Assembly (NCBI GenBank): GCA_963827685.1
Contig: CAWHBU010000007.1
Coordinates: forward strand, 96,001 to 160,000
DNA: 64,000 bases
DNA from: an uncultured delta proteobacterium
Lineage (GTDB): Bacteria > Desulfobacterota > BSN033 > UBA1163
Direction of reading: 5' to 3'
Part shown: piece after piece, positions 20,134-31,040 of the stretch
Layout: every line of letters begins with the position of its first letter
How positions within the stretch are numbered: position 1 is the first letter of the stretch
Translations under genes and position numbers: made by a program
Notes under the pieces: model-generated
The model's input: the letters and a program-made list of their open reading frames with translations, nothing else
The model's database searches: none
What the model was told of the DNA's origin: nothing

Positions 20134-20369
20134 ATTAGTACTCCACATTAGGATAAAGCTGTTGGGAAAAACGGTTGGATGAAGATGTTAGAAAGAAGCT
20201 ACATCTTTCGCATAGCCTTGTCAATTCTTTATTTAGAACAAGAGGATTCGAGGAATCAATTTCCGAAAGTGGAGAGCAGAGGGTGGAAAGTGGGATTGAA
20301 TACAGTTGACACTTTAAAGCTGAGAAACATTGTACACGAAGCCTGAAACCCGAAACAAATAATTTGGAA

Positions 20370-20397
20370 ATCCGCAATCCGAATTCCGAAATTCAGA
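20370..20397. repeat. Degenerate heptamer tandem repeat (AATCCGC/AATCCGA)
   Basis: Similar tracts at ~31192-31223, ~49210-49228 and ~61233-61260. Confidence 0.5.
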
Positions 20398-20452
20398 AGA
20401 TCAGCCGAAGATTTCGGCGGGAATAGGTTTGTTCCTGCATCGAACTGTTTTC

Positions 20453-21469
20453 TTATCCTGGTGCGGGTTGGTCAGGAACTTTGGCAGTATCAAGCAGTCC
20501 CAATTTGATAAAGACCCACGGGGCGCCGTAAGTGACCCAAAAGCCGGTGAGGGTATAGCGCACGTAACGCAACACCTGGGACACGAGGGACACATCGCGC
20601 GGGAACACCATGCGCAGTCCTAACCACAGAATCGCCAGGCCGATGATGCCTACTCCAAAGCGCAGAGCGCGTTTCGACCACTTCCCCGCCGCATCAAATC
20701 CGCCTCGCTGGAAGATCAAGATCGCTCCGGCGACCAGACCAAAAAACGTGCCTGCGACGCCGACCATGCCTGTCGTGCCACGCGGATGGATGGCTGCTTG
20801 GCCCGGCGCAAGTGAAAAGGCGCGTGCCGCAGTGATTTCCCATTGAGGCGGGTCAGCAGGTGGCAGAAAGGCCAGCCCGGATAGAGAAATGATGAGCAGC
20901 AGCATCGAGGCAGCGAAGCCCAGGCCGATTTTCTGCGCCAGTGTGAAGCGATTGAACCAGGCCAAAACGGCCGTTTCCCATTTCAAAAACGCCCACAATA
21001 TCAAACCACCGATCAACCAACCGGCCAGCACATCCGTTGGAAAGTGAACAGCCAGCACGATGCGTGAATAACCAATCAGAAAGATGAGGGCTGCCATCAG
21101 CCAGCGCAGCCAACCCCTGAGCCACGCGGCCATTGTCCCCCAGACAGTCATGGCGTGTTGGGCGTGGCCGGATGGGAGGCCGTATGAACCTTCGGCACTG
21201 AACGCTCGAACTCTATCGCTCACCCAGAAGGGCCGCGGCTGGTGAAAGACGAGTTTAAAAAAGATGTTCAGGCTGTCTGACACAGTCAAGATCACACCGA
21301 AACGCAGGCCAAGGCGGACATCCACACACCAGTAAAGGAAGGGCAGAATGAACAGGTAAAACTCTTCGGTGCCCAGGAAGCTAAAGAACTGAGATGGAGC
21401 GACCAGCCAGGGGGCGCTGGTCTGCAGTCCGGCGATGAAATGGATGCCCCAGTCAAGGATGGGATTCAT
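20453..21469 (-). CDS. PAP2-family membrane phosphatase
   Basis: K......RP, PSGH and SR.....H...D motifs. Confidence 0.85.
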   Translation of the reverse strand: MNPILDWGIHFIAGLQTSAPWLVAPSQFFSFLGTEEFYLFILPFLYWCVDVRLGLRFGVILTVSDSLNIFFKLVFHQPRPFWVSDRVRAFSAEGSYGLPSGHAQHAMTVWGTMAAWLRGWLRWLMAALIFLIGYSRIVLAVHFPTDVLAGWLIGGLILWAFLKWETAVLAWFNRFTLAQKIGLGFAASMLLLIISLSGLAFLPPADPPQWEITAARAFSLAPGQAAIHPRGTTGMVGVAGTFFGLVAGAILIFQRGGFDAAGKWSKRALRFGVGIIGLAILWLGLRMVFPRDVSLVSQVLRYVRYTLTGFWVTYGAPWVFIKLGLLDTAKVPDQPAPG

Positions 21470-21672
21470 AGGAATGACGAGAACTCGTTTTTGGGATAAG
21501 TTAACTATGCAAAAAACGGAGTTGAATGTCAATTAGAAAAGACAACACGCGGAAGGAGTAAATCCGTGAAACCTTGGCGAGAATAATGGCTTACGTATCG
21601 AGATTTTTTATTCTATTCATGTTTCATCGTCTGTGATAAAAGAAAGGGTGGAGAAAGAATAGTGGAGGAATC

Positions 21673-23112
21673 ATGGAAATAGGCGCCAGGCTGTTCGATT
21701 ATATCTTCAATCCCCGCTCGGTGGCGATCATCGGAGCATCCCCTCATGATCTGGCCACTCTCGCCCACATGAAAACAAAAATTAGGGATCGCTTGTTTCT
21801 GGTGAACCCGAGATATACGGAAGTTCTGGGAAAGAAATGCTACCCGAGCATTTTGGAGGTGGACTCCGACATCGACTATGTCATCCTCGGAGTCTCCACC
21901 TCGGCTCTGCCTAAGGTTTTGGAGGAGTGCATTCAAAAAGGCGCAAAGGTTGCACAGATTTTTACTGCCGGGTTCAGTGAGACGGGAACCCCCGAAGGGA
22001 TCGAACAGGAGAAGGAGCTGAAACGGATGGCGGCGGGCAGGATTCGGATCATTGGCCCCAATTGTTTTGGGGTCTATTGTCCCTCCTCAGGATTGTCCAT
22101 TGTTCCAGAGGCCCCGACAGAGGGGGGCCACGTGGGAGTCGTTACCCAGAGCGGGAGCGTGGCCGAATCCTTCTCCTATTTTGCCAATACCAAGAATCTC
22201 AGATTCAGCAAAATGGTGAGTTATGGCAATGCCGTTGACCTGGACGGTTCTGATTTTCTGGAATACCTGGCCGACGATCCGGATACGAACATCATCGCTC
22301 TTTACATTGAAGGCACCAGGAACGGCGCGCGCCTGAAAACGGCTCTGGCCAAAGCAGCAAAGCGAAAGCCCGTGATCGCCATCAAAGGGGGGATGACGGA
22401 GCAGGGCATGAGGGCGGCTGCCTCTCATACAGCTTCCCTGGCCGGGGCCCCTGAAATCTGGAGGGCTCTCTTCAGACAGACCGAAGCTCTTCAAGTGGAG
22501 AGCTTCGACGAAATGGTAAACACGGTCATGGCTTTCGACACCTCTCCTCTCCCTGCGGGCCGAACGGTTGCCCTGATCACCAATTCCGGGGGTTTCAGTG
22601 TCATCCAAACGGACCTCTGCATGAAAGCAGGAATCGAGGTTCCCAGGTTTTCCCAAGAGACCATCGAAGCGCTTCGGGCACTGGTCCCCCTTGCGGGAAC
22701 CAGTATTGGGAATCCCCTTGATGCTTGGCCCATATACTATAGTATATCCCCCTCGGGAAACATGGCTGACATCATCGAGATCGTGTCCTCTGACCGAAAC
22801 ATCCATTGTTTGGTGTTTCAATTTGATCAGTTTCGCTATCTAAGGCGGATCTTGGGTAGGAAGGTTGAGGCCCACATGAAGCGATTAATCGAGCTGATGG
22901 TTGAAGGATGCCAGCGTAGCCGGGAGAAAGAGAAAAAAACGGTATTGGTCACCGTCTCCTTAGATCCCTACCTGGAAGACGAGGAAGACAGACACTACAA
23001 CCTCATGATTAAGACAGCTTTTGCGGCAAAAGGCTTTCCCGTCTATTCAAACCTGCACGCAGCGATAAAGGTTCTTTCCAATCTATGCAAATTCAGTGAA
23101 AGCCGAGGATAA
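21673..23112 (+). CDS. Acyl-CoA synthetase (NDP-forming), alpha/CoA-binding subunit
   Basis: IIGAS, GPNC.G, SHTASLAG and NPLD motifs. Confidence 0.85.
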   Translation: MEIGARLFDYIFNPRSVAIIGASPHDLATLAHMKTKIRDRLFLVNPRYTEVLGKKCYPSILEVDSDIDYVILGVSTSALPKVLEECIQKGAKVAQIFTAGFSETGTPEGIEQEKELKRMAAGRIRIIGPNCFGVYCPSSGLSIVPEAPTEGGHVGVVTQSGSVAESFSYFANTKNLRFSKMVSYGNAVDLDGSDFLEYLADDPDTNIIALYIEGTRNGARLKTALAKAAKRKPVIAIKGGMTEQGMRAAASHTASLAGAPEIWRALFRQTEALQVESFDEMVNTVMAFDTSPLPAGRTVALITNSGGFSVIQTDLCMKAGIEVPRFSQETIEALRALVPLAGTSIGNPLDAWPIYYSISPSGNMADIIEIVSSDRNIHCLVFQFDQFRYLRRILGRKVEAHMKRLIELMVEGCQRSREKEKKTVLVTVSLDPYLEDEEDRHYNLMIKTAFAAKGFPVYSNLHAAIKVLSNLCKFSESRG

Positions 23113-23235
23113 GCCTAATCTTGAAAAAAGGCCCGAGAACCAGGATAATGTGCCAAAATAGGAGTCAAGGGGCCGAGGGGGTAGATATTTTAGCGGATTT
23201 CTGTCTCCAAGTTATGAAGAACGGCGTTTTCCAAA

Positions 23236-23799
23236 ATGCGGTGTGAAAATGCAGGAGGAGATACGGCAGTAAGAAAAGCAAGGGCAGTGAGAAAGAAGTC
23301 TCAGGAGAAGCGTCGCCTCAACCTCACGGTCAATGGGCAGCCCATTGAGCTGGAAGTGGGAATAGAACCTCATCAGGTTGACCCTGCCCACACACTTGCC
23401 TACACGCTCCGGGAAACGCTGGGCCTTACCGGTACAAAGGTATCATGCGACCACGGTGCCTGTGGAAGCTGTACCGTGCTTATGGATGGAAAGGCCGTCC
23501 TTTCCTGCATGACGCTCACTGTTGAGTGCAATGGGAAGCAAATAACAACGATCGAAGGCCTGAGCGATCCGAAGACAGGGAGAATGGATCCCCTTCAGCA
23601 GGCATTCATCGACTATGCAGCCTTTCAGTGCGGATTCTGCACACCCGGCATGATCATGAGTGCAAAGGCGCTTCTTTACGAGAATCCATTCCCAACGGAA
23701 GAGGAGGTGAAGGAAGGCCTGTCTGGCAACTTCTGTCGGTGTATCAGCCACTATCAGGTGGTGAAGGCCGTTATGGCAGCATCCAAAGAGGTAAGGTGA
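23236..23799 (+). CDS. Xanthine dehydrogenase family 2Fe-2S subunit (start uncertain)
   Basis: C..G.CG.C, QCGFCTPG and CRC motifs. Confidence 0.9.
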   Translation: MRCENAGGDTAVRKARAVRKKSQEKRRLNLTVNGQPIELEVGIEPHQVDPAHTLAYTLRETLGLTGTKVSCDHGACGSCTVLMDGKAVLSCMTLTVECNGKQITTIEGLSDPKTGRMDPLQQAFIDYAAFQCGFCTPGMIMSAKALLYENPFPTEEEVKEGLSGNFCRCISHYQVVKAVMAASKEVR

Positions 23800-23804
23800 G
23801 CAAA

Positions 23805-26096
23805 ATGGCCAACACATACCGGTATATCGGTAAGGCGATCCCCAGAAAAGATGCAACAGAGATTGTTACGGGAGGAGCAGAATACCTTAACGATATCAAG
23901 TTTCCTGATTTGCTCTACGGAAAGGTGCTCCGAAGCCCCCACCCCCATGCGCTTATCAAAAAGGTTGATAAGAGTAAGGCATTGAGGCTTAAGGGCGTTA
24001 AAGCAGTACTCACCTGGGAAGATGTCCCCGATTGGAAAGGGGGTACGCCCCGCTATACCCGCATCCTCGACTGGAAGGTCCGCTATGTCGGTGATGCTGT
24101 GGCGCTCGTTGCTGCCACAACTGAAGAGATCGCAAAAGAGGCCCTTCACCTGATAAATGTGGAATATGAGCTTTTACCTGCTGTCTTTGACATGGAAGAG
24201 GCATTGAAGCCCAGCGCCCCGCAGCTTTATGACGAGTTCCCCGGGAACGTAGTAACCCCCGGCGCTCCCTTTTTCGGACCGAAGAGCCTGAAGGAAGTGG
24301 CCATGGGAGATGTGGAAAAAGGATTTCAGGAGGCTGATGTCATAGCCGAAGGGATCTTTGGCTACGAGAACATACCGAACCCATTGCCTCCCGAGCCTCC
24401 AGGGGCAATCGCCCTGTGGGAGGAACCGAACAAGCTGACCCTCCGGGTATCCAATCAGGCTTCCTACATGGATAAGATCACCCTCTTCCATGTGATGGGG
24501 AGGAAAGTCGAAGTGAGAAGTATTGGCGGTCCCTGCGGCGGCAGTTTCGGGTCGAAGTTTATGTCCTGGCAGGTCCAGTGCTATGCTGCGCTCTTGAGCA
24601 GGGCAACGGGCAAGCCGGTGAAACTCATCTTCACCAAGGAAGAGCACCTGGCGGCATTCACGATGCGGCCTGCATCACGTATGAAGGCCCGGGTGGGCAT
24701 GAAGAAGGACGGGACCGTAACGGCGATATCCGGCACGTGGCTTATCGACACGGGGTACTACTCGATGACGACCCAATCACAGGTTGCTGTTGGCTGCGGC
24801 GAGGTCCAGATTGCGGTCCGGTGCCCCAACTGGAACTTAAAGCCTGTGATTGTTTGTACCAACCGGAATGCCTCAGGTATCGTGAGAGGTTTTGGTGGCC
24901 AGGAACTGAAGTGTATCCTCATACCGATTCTGAGCTTAGCCATGGAAAAACTGGGCATCGACCCGTTTGAGTTCCTCAAAAAGAATTTCGTCAAGCCAGG
25001 TGACGGGTACTTCTGGCGGGACGGCATCTGGTATACGTACCGGGGCGTAGACTTTACAAAGGCAATGGATAAAGGCGCCGAGTTGTTTGGCTGGAAAGAC
25101 AAGTGGAAGGGATGGTTGAAACCCACGGCTGTGGACGGAACAAAACGGAGAGGGGTGGGTGTGGGTGTCCATGGAAATGCCGATATCGGCGAGGACGCCT
25201 CTGAAGCGTATGTGCGCCTTCATCCGGACGGAACAGCCGTGCTCTTCTCCTGCATAACAGAACACGGGACAGGTCAGAGAAGCAACACCATCAAGATGGT
25301 TGCCGAGGTGCTGCAACTGCCCATGGAAAACGTCTCCATAACACCCTCCGATTCACTGATCAACCCCTATGAGTTTGGACCAGCCGGCTCCAGAGGGACC
25401 TATGCGATCGGAAGTGCCGTGATTGCAGCGGCAGAGGATGCCAGGGGAAAGCTCTTCGAGCTTATCGCCCCCATGCTTCAGGCAGACCCTAACGACTTGG
25501 AGACCGTGGACGGGGTCATTTTCGTCAAGAATAATCCGGAAAAGAGGATATCTTGGAAGGCAATGAGTATTGACCGCACGGTCACCGGCTACGGACGGTT
25601 TGAACCTGATTATACACTGACGAATTGTATGATGTCGTTCGTTGACGTTGAGATCGATACCGAAACGGGGAGCGTAACCTTGCTCCGTGTCGTCAACACC
25701 ACAGACGCAGGCCAGATCATCGATCCTCCCGGCCTCGAAGGCCAGATGAACGGGTGCCTCGGCTCAGGAGGTATCGATAGTGCCCTTTTTGAAGAGACGA
25801 TCCTTGACCGTTCCACAGGACATATCTTGAACGCAAATATGATCGACTACAAGTGGCGGACCTTTCCTCAGCTCCCGGTGATCAACAATGTGGCCCTGGA
25901 AACACCCTTTCCCAGCCACCGCTTCCATGCAGTAGGGGTTGGAGAGATAGCCACATCACCGGGTCCGGCAGCGGTGCTCATGGCTGTTTCAAATGCCATC
26001 GGCATCTGGCTGCACGAGTATCCGGGTACGCCGGAAAAAGTACTCGAAGCGCTCGGCAAGGTAATGCCGGAGAAGAAGAAAGGAGGTGCGGCATGA
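23805..26096 (+). CDS. Xanthine dehydrogenase family molybdopterin-binding subunit
   Basis: GGSFGSK, RGFG, EHGTG and GVGE motifs. Confidence 0.9.
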   Translation: MANTYRYIGKAIPRKDATEIVTGGAEYLNDIKFPDLLYGKVLRSPHPHALIKKVDKSKALRLKGVKAVLTWEDVPDWKGGTPRYTRILDWKVRYVGDAVALVAATTEEIAKEALHLINVEYELLPAVFDMEEALKPSAPQLYDEFPGNVVTPGAPFFGPKSLKEVAMGDVEKGFQEADVIAEGIFGYENIPNPLPPEPPGAIALWEEPNKLTLRVSNQASYMDKITLFHVMGRKVEVRSIGGPCGGSFGSKFMSWQVQCYAALLSRATGKPVKLIFTKEEHLAAFTMRPASRMKARVGMKKDGTVTAISGTWLIDTGYYSMTTQSQVAVGCGEVQIAVRCPNWNLKPVIVCTNRNASGIVRGFGGQELKCILIPILSLAMEKLGIDPFEFLKKNFVKPGDGYFWRDGIWYTYRGVDFTKAMDKGAELFGWKDKWKGWLKPTAVDGTKRRGVGVGVHGNADIGEDASEAYVRLHPDGTAVLFSCITEHGTGQRSNTIKMVAEVLQLPMENVSITPSDSLINPYEFGPAGSRGTYAIGSAVIAAAEDARGKLFELIAPMLQADPNDLETVDGVIFVKNNPEKRISWKAMSIDRTVTGYGRFEPDYTLTNCMMSFVDVEIDTETGSVTLLRVVNTTDAGQIIDPPGLEGQMNGCLGSGGIDSALFEETILDRSTGHILNANMIDYKWRTFPQLPVINNVALETPFPSHRFHAVGVGEIATSPGPAAVLMAVSNAIGIWLHEYPGTPEKVLEALGKVMPEKKKGGAA

Positions 26097-27073
26097 GGTC
26101 CTTCAAACACATGAATGCCCGGACAGTGGACGAAGCCTGCGCACTCCTCAGTGAATACAAGGGCAAGGCCGTGCTCAATGCAGGCGGGACAGACCTGCTT
26201 TCGACCCTCAAGGGAGAGCACCTTTTTGACTATCCCGAAGCCGTTATCAATATCAAGACAATTCGTGGTCTCGACTATATCAAGGAAGATACCAAGGCAC
26301 TGAAGATAGGCGCTCTTGCCAAGCTTTCCGACATTGCGAAGTCTCCTATTCTTAAGGAACGCTATAGGGTGCTTGCAGAGGCCGCCTATGCCGTCGCAAC
26401 ACCTCAGGTACGAAACGTGGCTACCCTTGGCGGAAACCTGTGCCAGGATGTAAGATGCTGGTATTACCGGTATCCACGTCATATCGGCGGACCCATCACT
26501 TGTCTGCGGAAGGGAAAGGGACGATGCCTCGCTGTTACCGGTGACAACCGGTACCACGCCATCATGGAGGCAAAGAAGTGCTTTGCCGTATGCCCTTCGG
26601 ATATGGCCGTAGTATTGGCTGCGTTAAACGGACAGATCAGGATCGTAGGACCGAGGGGCGAAAGAAACATCGCCGTGACGGATTTTTTCAGTTCCATGGA
26701 GAATACCCTTGAACGTGGTGAGATGGTGAGAGAGGTTGAAATTCCCGGGATCAGCGGCCCGGTGAAGCAGGCGTTTCTTAAATTCACTCTCAGGAGGCCT
26801 GTCGATTTTGCCATCGTGAGCGTTGCATCGGTCATGACCGTAAAGGAAGGGGTATGTGTGGACGCTCGCATTGCACTTGGAGCGGTAGCCCCAGGACCTG
26901 TCAGAGTGAAGAAGGCGGAGCAGTTTCTAAAAGGTCGCTCCATCGACAATGATACCGCTGCCGAGGCAGCGACACAGGCAGTCTTAGGCGCACGGCCTCT
27001 CAGCAAGAATGCATACAAAGTAGAAATCACAAAAGCCCTCGTGAAGAGGGCCCTGATGAGCGAAATTCTCTGA
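26093..27073 (+). CDS. Xanthine dehydrogenase family FAD subunit with 4Fe-4S insertion (PaoB/HcrB type)
   Basis: AGGTDL, RN.ATLGGN and RCWYYR..C..C..C motifs. Confidence 0.9.
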   Translation: MRSFKHMNARTVDEACALLSEYKGKAVLNAGGTDLLSTLKGEHLFDYPEAVINIKTIRGLDYIKEDTKALKIGALAKLSDIAKSPILKERYRVLAEAAYAVATPQVRNVATLGGNLCQDVRCWYYRYPRHIGGPITCLRKGKGRCLAVTGDNRYHAIMEAKKCFAVCPSDMAVVLAALNGQIRIVGPRGERNIAVTDFFSSMENTLERGEMVREVEIPGISGPVKQAFLKFTLRRPVDFAIVSVASVMTVKEGVCVDARIALGAVAPGPVRVKKAEQFLKGRSIDNDTAAEAATQAVLGARPLSKNAYKVEITKALVKRALMSEIL

Positions 27074-27089
27074 CTCTCAATAAGCATCA

Positions 27090-28439
27090 ATGAAAACCCA
27101 ACCGAAGATCACTGTGGGCATCATGGATAAGCAGACCGAGGTCAGCGGTCGGCTGGATGGAGACTTCCGCGGAGATGGGTTCGGCCCATTATCTGGTGGA
27201 TTTTCAGCAAAGGTGAATGCCGGAATGATCGTTCTTTTCGACGACGCCCATCGTGAAATCACACGCTCTCCATCGATCAGGCTCACAGGACAAGAGGAAT
27301 CAACCCTTCGACTGCGCCAAGGGACAGAGGCGCGCTCAGGGCAAGCTCTTACACTTTTTAATGTCACCATCGGAAGTCGCTTCCACTGGGAGAGGACAGA
27401 AGATCAGACCTTCGAGGGCGATTTGATTCTCCTGCCACGTAACGATGGAACAATCGCAGTCATCAACGAAATCCCCCTGGAGGATTATCTGAAAAGTGTA
27501 ATCTCCTCGGAGATGAGTAGTGGTGCTCCGATGGAATTTCTGAAGGCCCATGCCATCCTATCCCGGAGCTGGCTTTTGGCGGCGCTTGACCGCAAGAAGA
27601 AGACAAAGGAAACATCCAAATCGTCAGAGAAAATCACCGATGAAGAGGTGATACGCTGGTATGATCGGGAGGACCACGACCTTTTCGATGTCTGCGCCGA
27701 TGATCACTGCCAGCGTTATCAGGGCATCACGAAGATCGTTTCCAGGCAAGCCGAAGAAGCGGTGCGCGAAACCCGCGGGATGGTGCTCACCTATCAAAAT
27801 GAGATCTGTGATGCCCGATATTCAAAGGCCTGCGGAGGACTTACAGAAAACTTCGATACGGCCTGGGATGACAGACGAGTCACTTACCTCGGAAGTATTT
27901 CGGACGGATCAGTTCAGCATCATGCGATAGGGAGGGAAGAAGAAGCTTCGGCTTGGATCCTTTCTGCTCCCGATGTCTACTGCAATACAAAAGACGAACG
28001 TCTTCTCAAGAAGATTCTTCCTGACTTTGACCGCGAGACAAAAGGCTTTTTCCGCTGGAGGGTCGAATATTCCCGCAGCGAATTGGAAGAGATCCTGCGG
28101 GAAAAATCAGGTTTTGATTTCGGGACTCTGAAGGAGATCGTACCCATTACCCGTGGTCCCTCGGGCCGGATCTCACGGTTGAAGATCGTCGGCTCGAAGA
28201 GAAGCATCGTCGTGGGAAAGGAGCTCGAAATAAGGCGCTGGCTCTCCAGGACTCACCTTTATAGCAGTGCCTTCGTTGTGACGCTTGAAGCCGGGCGATT
28301 TACATTTCATGGTGCCGGCTGGGGACACGGCGTGGGACTCTGCCAGATCGGCGCCGCGGTCATGGCAACCAGGGGGTTTTCAGCAGACGAAATTTTGAAA
28401 CATTATTATCGAGGCGTAAAAATACAAAAAGTCTATTGA
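27090..28439 (+). CDS. SpoIID/LytB-domain lytic transglycosylase
   Basis: YL..VI..EM, CQRY and GWGHGVGLCQ motifs. Confidence 0.85.
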   Translation: MKTQPKITVGIMDKQTEVSGRLDGDFRGDGFGPLSGGFSAKVNAGMIVLFDDAHREITRSPSIRLTGQEESTLRLRQGTEARSGQALTLFNVTIGSRFHWERTEDQTFEGDLILLPRNDGTIAVINEIPLEDYLKSVISSEMSSGAPMEFLKAHAILSRSWLLAALDRKKKTKETSKSSEKITDEEVIRWYDREDHDLFDVCADDHCQRYQGITKIVSRQAEEAVRETRGMVLTYQNEICDARYSKACGGLTENFDTAWDDRRVTYLGSISDGSVQHHAIGREEEASAWILSAPDVYCNTKDERLLKKILPDFDRETKGFFRWRVEYSRSELEEILREKSGFDFGTLKEIVPITRGPSGRISRLKIVGSKRSIVVGKELEIRRWLSRTHLYSSAFVVTLEAGRFTFHGAGWGHGVGLCQIGAAVMATRGFSADEILKHYYRGVKIQKVY

Positions 28440-28469
28440 GTTCTTAAGAAATTTGTGTTGGCTGTAGAT

Positions 28470-28964
28470 CCCCTCTCCCTTGATGGGAGAGGGTTAGGGA
28501 GAGGGTGAACCAACACATGGCAAATAGTCTAATTTCATTTGCCAAGAGTCTCAGAAAACGAACGACCGATACAGAACAGCTATTATGGCGACATTTAAGA
28601 GCCAAACATTTCGGAGGACTCAAATTCAGACGACAACAACCTATAGGAACATACATTGTTGATTTCGTTTGCTTTGAAAAGAAAATAATTGTTGAATTGG
28701 ATGGGGGACAGCACGCCCAGCCAGAAGAGATGCAGAGCGATAGTATAAGGGATCAGTGGTTTGAAGCACAAGGGTACAAAGTATTGAGATTCTGGGACAA
28801 CGAGGTGTTGACAAATACGCAAGGAGTGCTTGAGGTGATATCGAGGCATTGTTTGAATCACCCTCCCATCAAGGGAGGGGAAATAAGAGAGATGCCCTCC
28901 CAATGAGGGAGGAGAAGTAAAAAGATGCCCTCCTCATGCCTATTGGCAGGCATCAAGGGAGGGG
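28470..28964. mobile_element. DUF559 gene bracketed by REP-like hairpins
   Basis: Left hairpin at 28470-28507; right hairpins at ~28861-28880, ~28895-28914 and ~28928-28964. Confidence 0.6.
28517..28906 (+). CDS. DUF559 (Vsr-like) endonuclease
   Basis: FRRQ.PIG.YIVDF, ELDGGQH and G..VLRFW motifs. Confidence 0.9.
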   Translation: MANSLISFAKSLRKRTTDTEQLLWRHLRAKHFGGLKFRRQQPIGTYIVDFVCFEKKIIVELDGGQHAQPEEMQSDSIRDQWFEAQGYKVLRFWDNEVLTNTQGVLEVISRHCLNHPPIKGGEIREMPSQ

Positions 28965-28970
28965 AAGTTT

Positions 28971-30248
28971 ATGGAAAAACCGATATCGCGAAATCCTTGG
29001 GCTTGGGTTCCCTCTTTGTACGTTGCCGAGGGAATCCCCTACGTCATGGCAATGACGGTTTCGGTGGTCTTCTATAAGCGCCTCGGCCTCTCGAACACCG
29101 ACATCGCCTTCTACACAAGCTGGCTCTACCTTCCCTGGGTGATCAAGCCGCTCTGGAGTCCTTTTGTTGAACTATTCAGAACGAAGCGCTACTGGATTCT
29201 TCTGATGCAGCTCCTCATCGGGGCGGCACTGGCCTGCATTGCGTTCAGCATCCCTGCTGCCCGCTTCTTTCAGTATACCCTTGCCTTCTTCTGGCTGATG
29301 GCCTTCAGTTCGGCAACCCACGACACGGCCGCCGACGGCTTTTACATGCTGGCACTCCCGGAGTCTCTTCAAGCCGCCTTTGTCGGGGTGCGAACGATCT
29401 TCTACCGGATTGGCATGATCGCCACCCAGGGCGGGCTCGTCATCTTTGCTGGCTACCTTGAAGAAAGCGGTCATGATATCCCCACAGCCTGGTCCGTCAC
29501 ACTCTTTGTGGCGGCTGCCGTCTTTGCAGCCCTCTTCCTTTATCATCTTTTTGTTCTTCCCTATCCGGCTGCGGACCGTCCGGCCAAGCGCAACCCATCG
29601 ATGTCTATTGCACGGGAGTTCCTCCACATCTTCGGCTTGTTCTTCAGGAAAAAGAACATCATTGCCATTCTTGCTTTCTTTCTCTTCTACCGGCTCGCTG
29701 AAACCCAGCTTCTAAAGATCATCGCGCCCTTTCTTCTCGACCCCCGCTCAACTGGAGGGCTGGGGCTCACCACAAAAGAGGTGGGAATCATCTATGGCAC
29801 GGTGGGACTGATTGCGCTGCTGCTGGGAGGACTTCTCGGTGGGTATGCCATCTACAGAAAGGGGCTCAAGTTCTGGATCTGGATCATGGTCTGCGCAATG
29901 CATCTGCCGGATCTCGTCTTTGTCTATCTGTCGCAGGCCACGCCTGACAATTTTTATTTGATCAACCTCGCTGTTGCCGTGGAGCAATTCGGTTACGGCT
30001 TTGGCTTTTCGGCCTATACGATGTTCATGATCATGGTGTCAGAGGGAGAGTATAAGACCGTCCACTACGCCATCTCCACGGGGATCATGGCCCTGGGAAT
30101 GATGATTCCGGCTATGGCGAGCGGCTGGCTCCAGGAGCAGATGGGTTATCAGAACTTCTTCCTCTGGGTCATGGCCGCAACGATCCCGGGGTTCATCGTG
30201 GCGGCGCTGGTGAAGATTGACCCGGAGTTCGGAAAGAAAAAGACATAA
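28971..30248 (+). CDS. ampG: AmpG-like muropeptide MFS permease
   Basis: PW.IKPLWSP and SATHD.AADG motifs; 12-TM pattern. Confidence 0.8.
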   Translation: MEKPISRNPWAWVPSLYVAEGIPYVMAMTVSVVFYKRLGLSNTDIAFYTSWLYLPWVIKPLWSPFVELFRTKRYWILLMQLLIGAALACIAFSIPAARFFQYTLAFFWLMAFSSATHDTAADGFYMLALPESLQAAFVGVRTIFYRIGMIATQGGLVIFAGYLEESGHDIPTAWSVTLFVAAAVFAALFLYHLFVLPYPAADRPAKRNPSMSIAREFLHIFGLFFRKKNIIAILAFFLFYRLAETQLLKIIAPFLLDPRSTGGLGLTTKEVGIIYGTVGLIALLLGGLLGGYAIYRKGLKFWIWIMVCAMHLPDLVFVYLSQATPDNFYLINLAVAVEQFGYGFGFSAYTMFMIMVSEGEYKTVHYAISTGIMALGMMIPAMASGWLQEQMGYQNFFLWVMAATIPGFIVAALVKIDPEFGKKKT

Positions 30249-30254
30249 ACATCT

Positions 30255-30294
30255 CCCCTCACCCTGGCCCTATCCCACGCCGGGGAGAGGGGGG
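30255..30294. repeat. REP-like hairpin of the DUF559-flank family
   Basis: CCCCTCACCCTGGCCCTATCCC..GGGAGAGGG. Confidence 0.65.
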
Positions 30295-30308
30295 ATCGTG
30301 AGGAACCA

Positions 30309-31040
30309 TTGAAGAGAAAACGATTCAAGACAGCCTTCATCCTGGCAGCCGGACTGGGGACGCGGCTTCAGCCTCTGACGGAGCGACTTCCGAAGCCGCT
30401 CCTGGAAATCGGAGGACGTCCGATCATCGCTTACGTCATGGATCATCTCGTGAAAGTCGGCGTGGATCGCTTCATCGTGAACACGCATCATTGTTCGGAA
30501 GTCTATTCGGAAAAATTTCCTGACAGGCAATGGCGCGGTGTGTCCATTACCTTTCGCCATGAGCCAGTACTTCTGGACACGGCGGGGGGACTGAAAAACA
30601 TCGAAGATCTGCTGGATGACGACGAGGCCATCCTCTGTTACAACGGCGATGTAATCACCGATCTTCCCCTGCAGAGACTCCTCGAGGCCCATGAGCAGAA
30701 GCGACCGGAGGTCACCCTTGCTTTACGAAGCAGCGGCCCTCTTCTGAATGTAAATATCAATGAGGCCGGTGAGATCTGCGATCTTCGGAATATCTTGCGA
30801 AACCCGGGAACTCAAAGCTGCCTCTTTGCCGGCATCTATGCCGTGGAGACATCGTTCCTCCGGTATCTCGACGCCGGCAAAATCGAATCCGTCATTTCGG
30901 CCTTTGTCAGAAGAATCGTGAAAAAACCGGGATCGATCCGGGGGATCGTCATCGACGAAGGCGACTGGCACGACATCGGCTCCATCGAAGCCTATGAAGA
31001 ACTGAAGAGAAATAACTGGAATATTAGAATAATGGAATGA
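30309..31040 (+). CDS. Nucleotidyltransferase, MurU-like
   Basis: [11 protein letters not shown]...PKPL, NGD and WHDIG motifs; adjacent to an AmgK-like kinase. Confidence 0.8.
   Translation: MKRKRFKTAFILAAGLGTRLQPLTERLPKPLLEIGGRPIIAYVMDHLVKVGVDRFIVNTHHCSEVYSEKFPDRQWRGVSITFRHEPVLLDTAGGLKNIEDLLDDDEAILCYNGDVITDLPLQRLLEAHEQKRPEVTLALRSSGPLLNVNINEAGEICDLRNILRNPGTQSCLFAGIYAVETSFLRYLDAGKIESVISAFVRRIVKKPGSIRGIVIDEGDWHDIGSIEAYEELKRNNWNIRIME

Noticed and set aside
19600-20170. Integron cassette with attC (GTTGGGC after an AT-rich ORF)
   Set aside because: No convincing inverse core or L-box pairing, and no integrase in the window
23805-26096. Aerobic CO dehydrogenase CoxL or 4-hydroxybenzoyl-CoA reductase
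   Set aside because: The active-site loop reads VRGFG, not AYxCSFR, and no specific HcrA evidence was seen; kept as a generic Mo-hydroxylase
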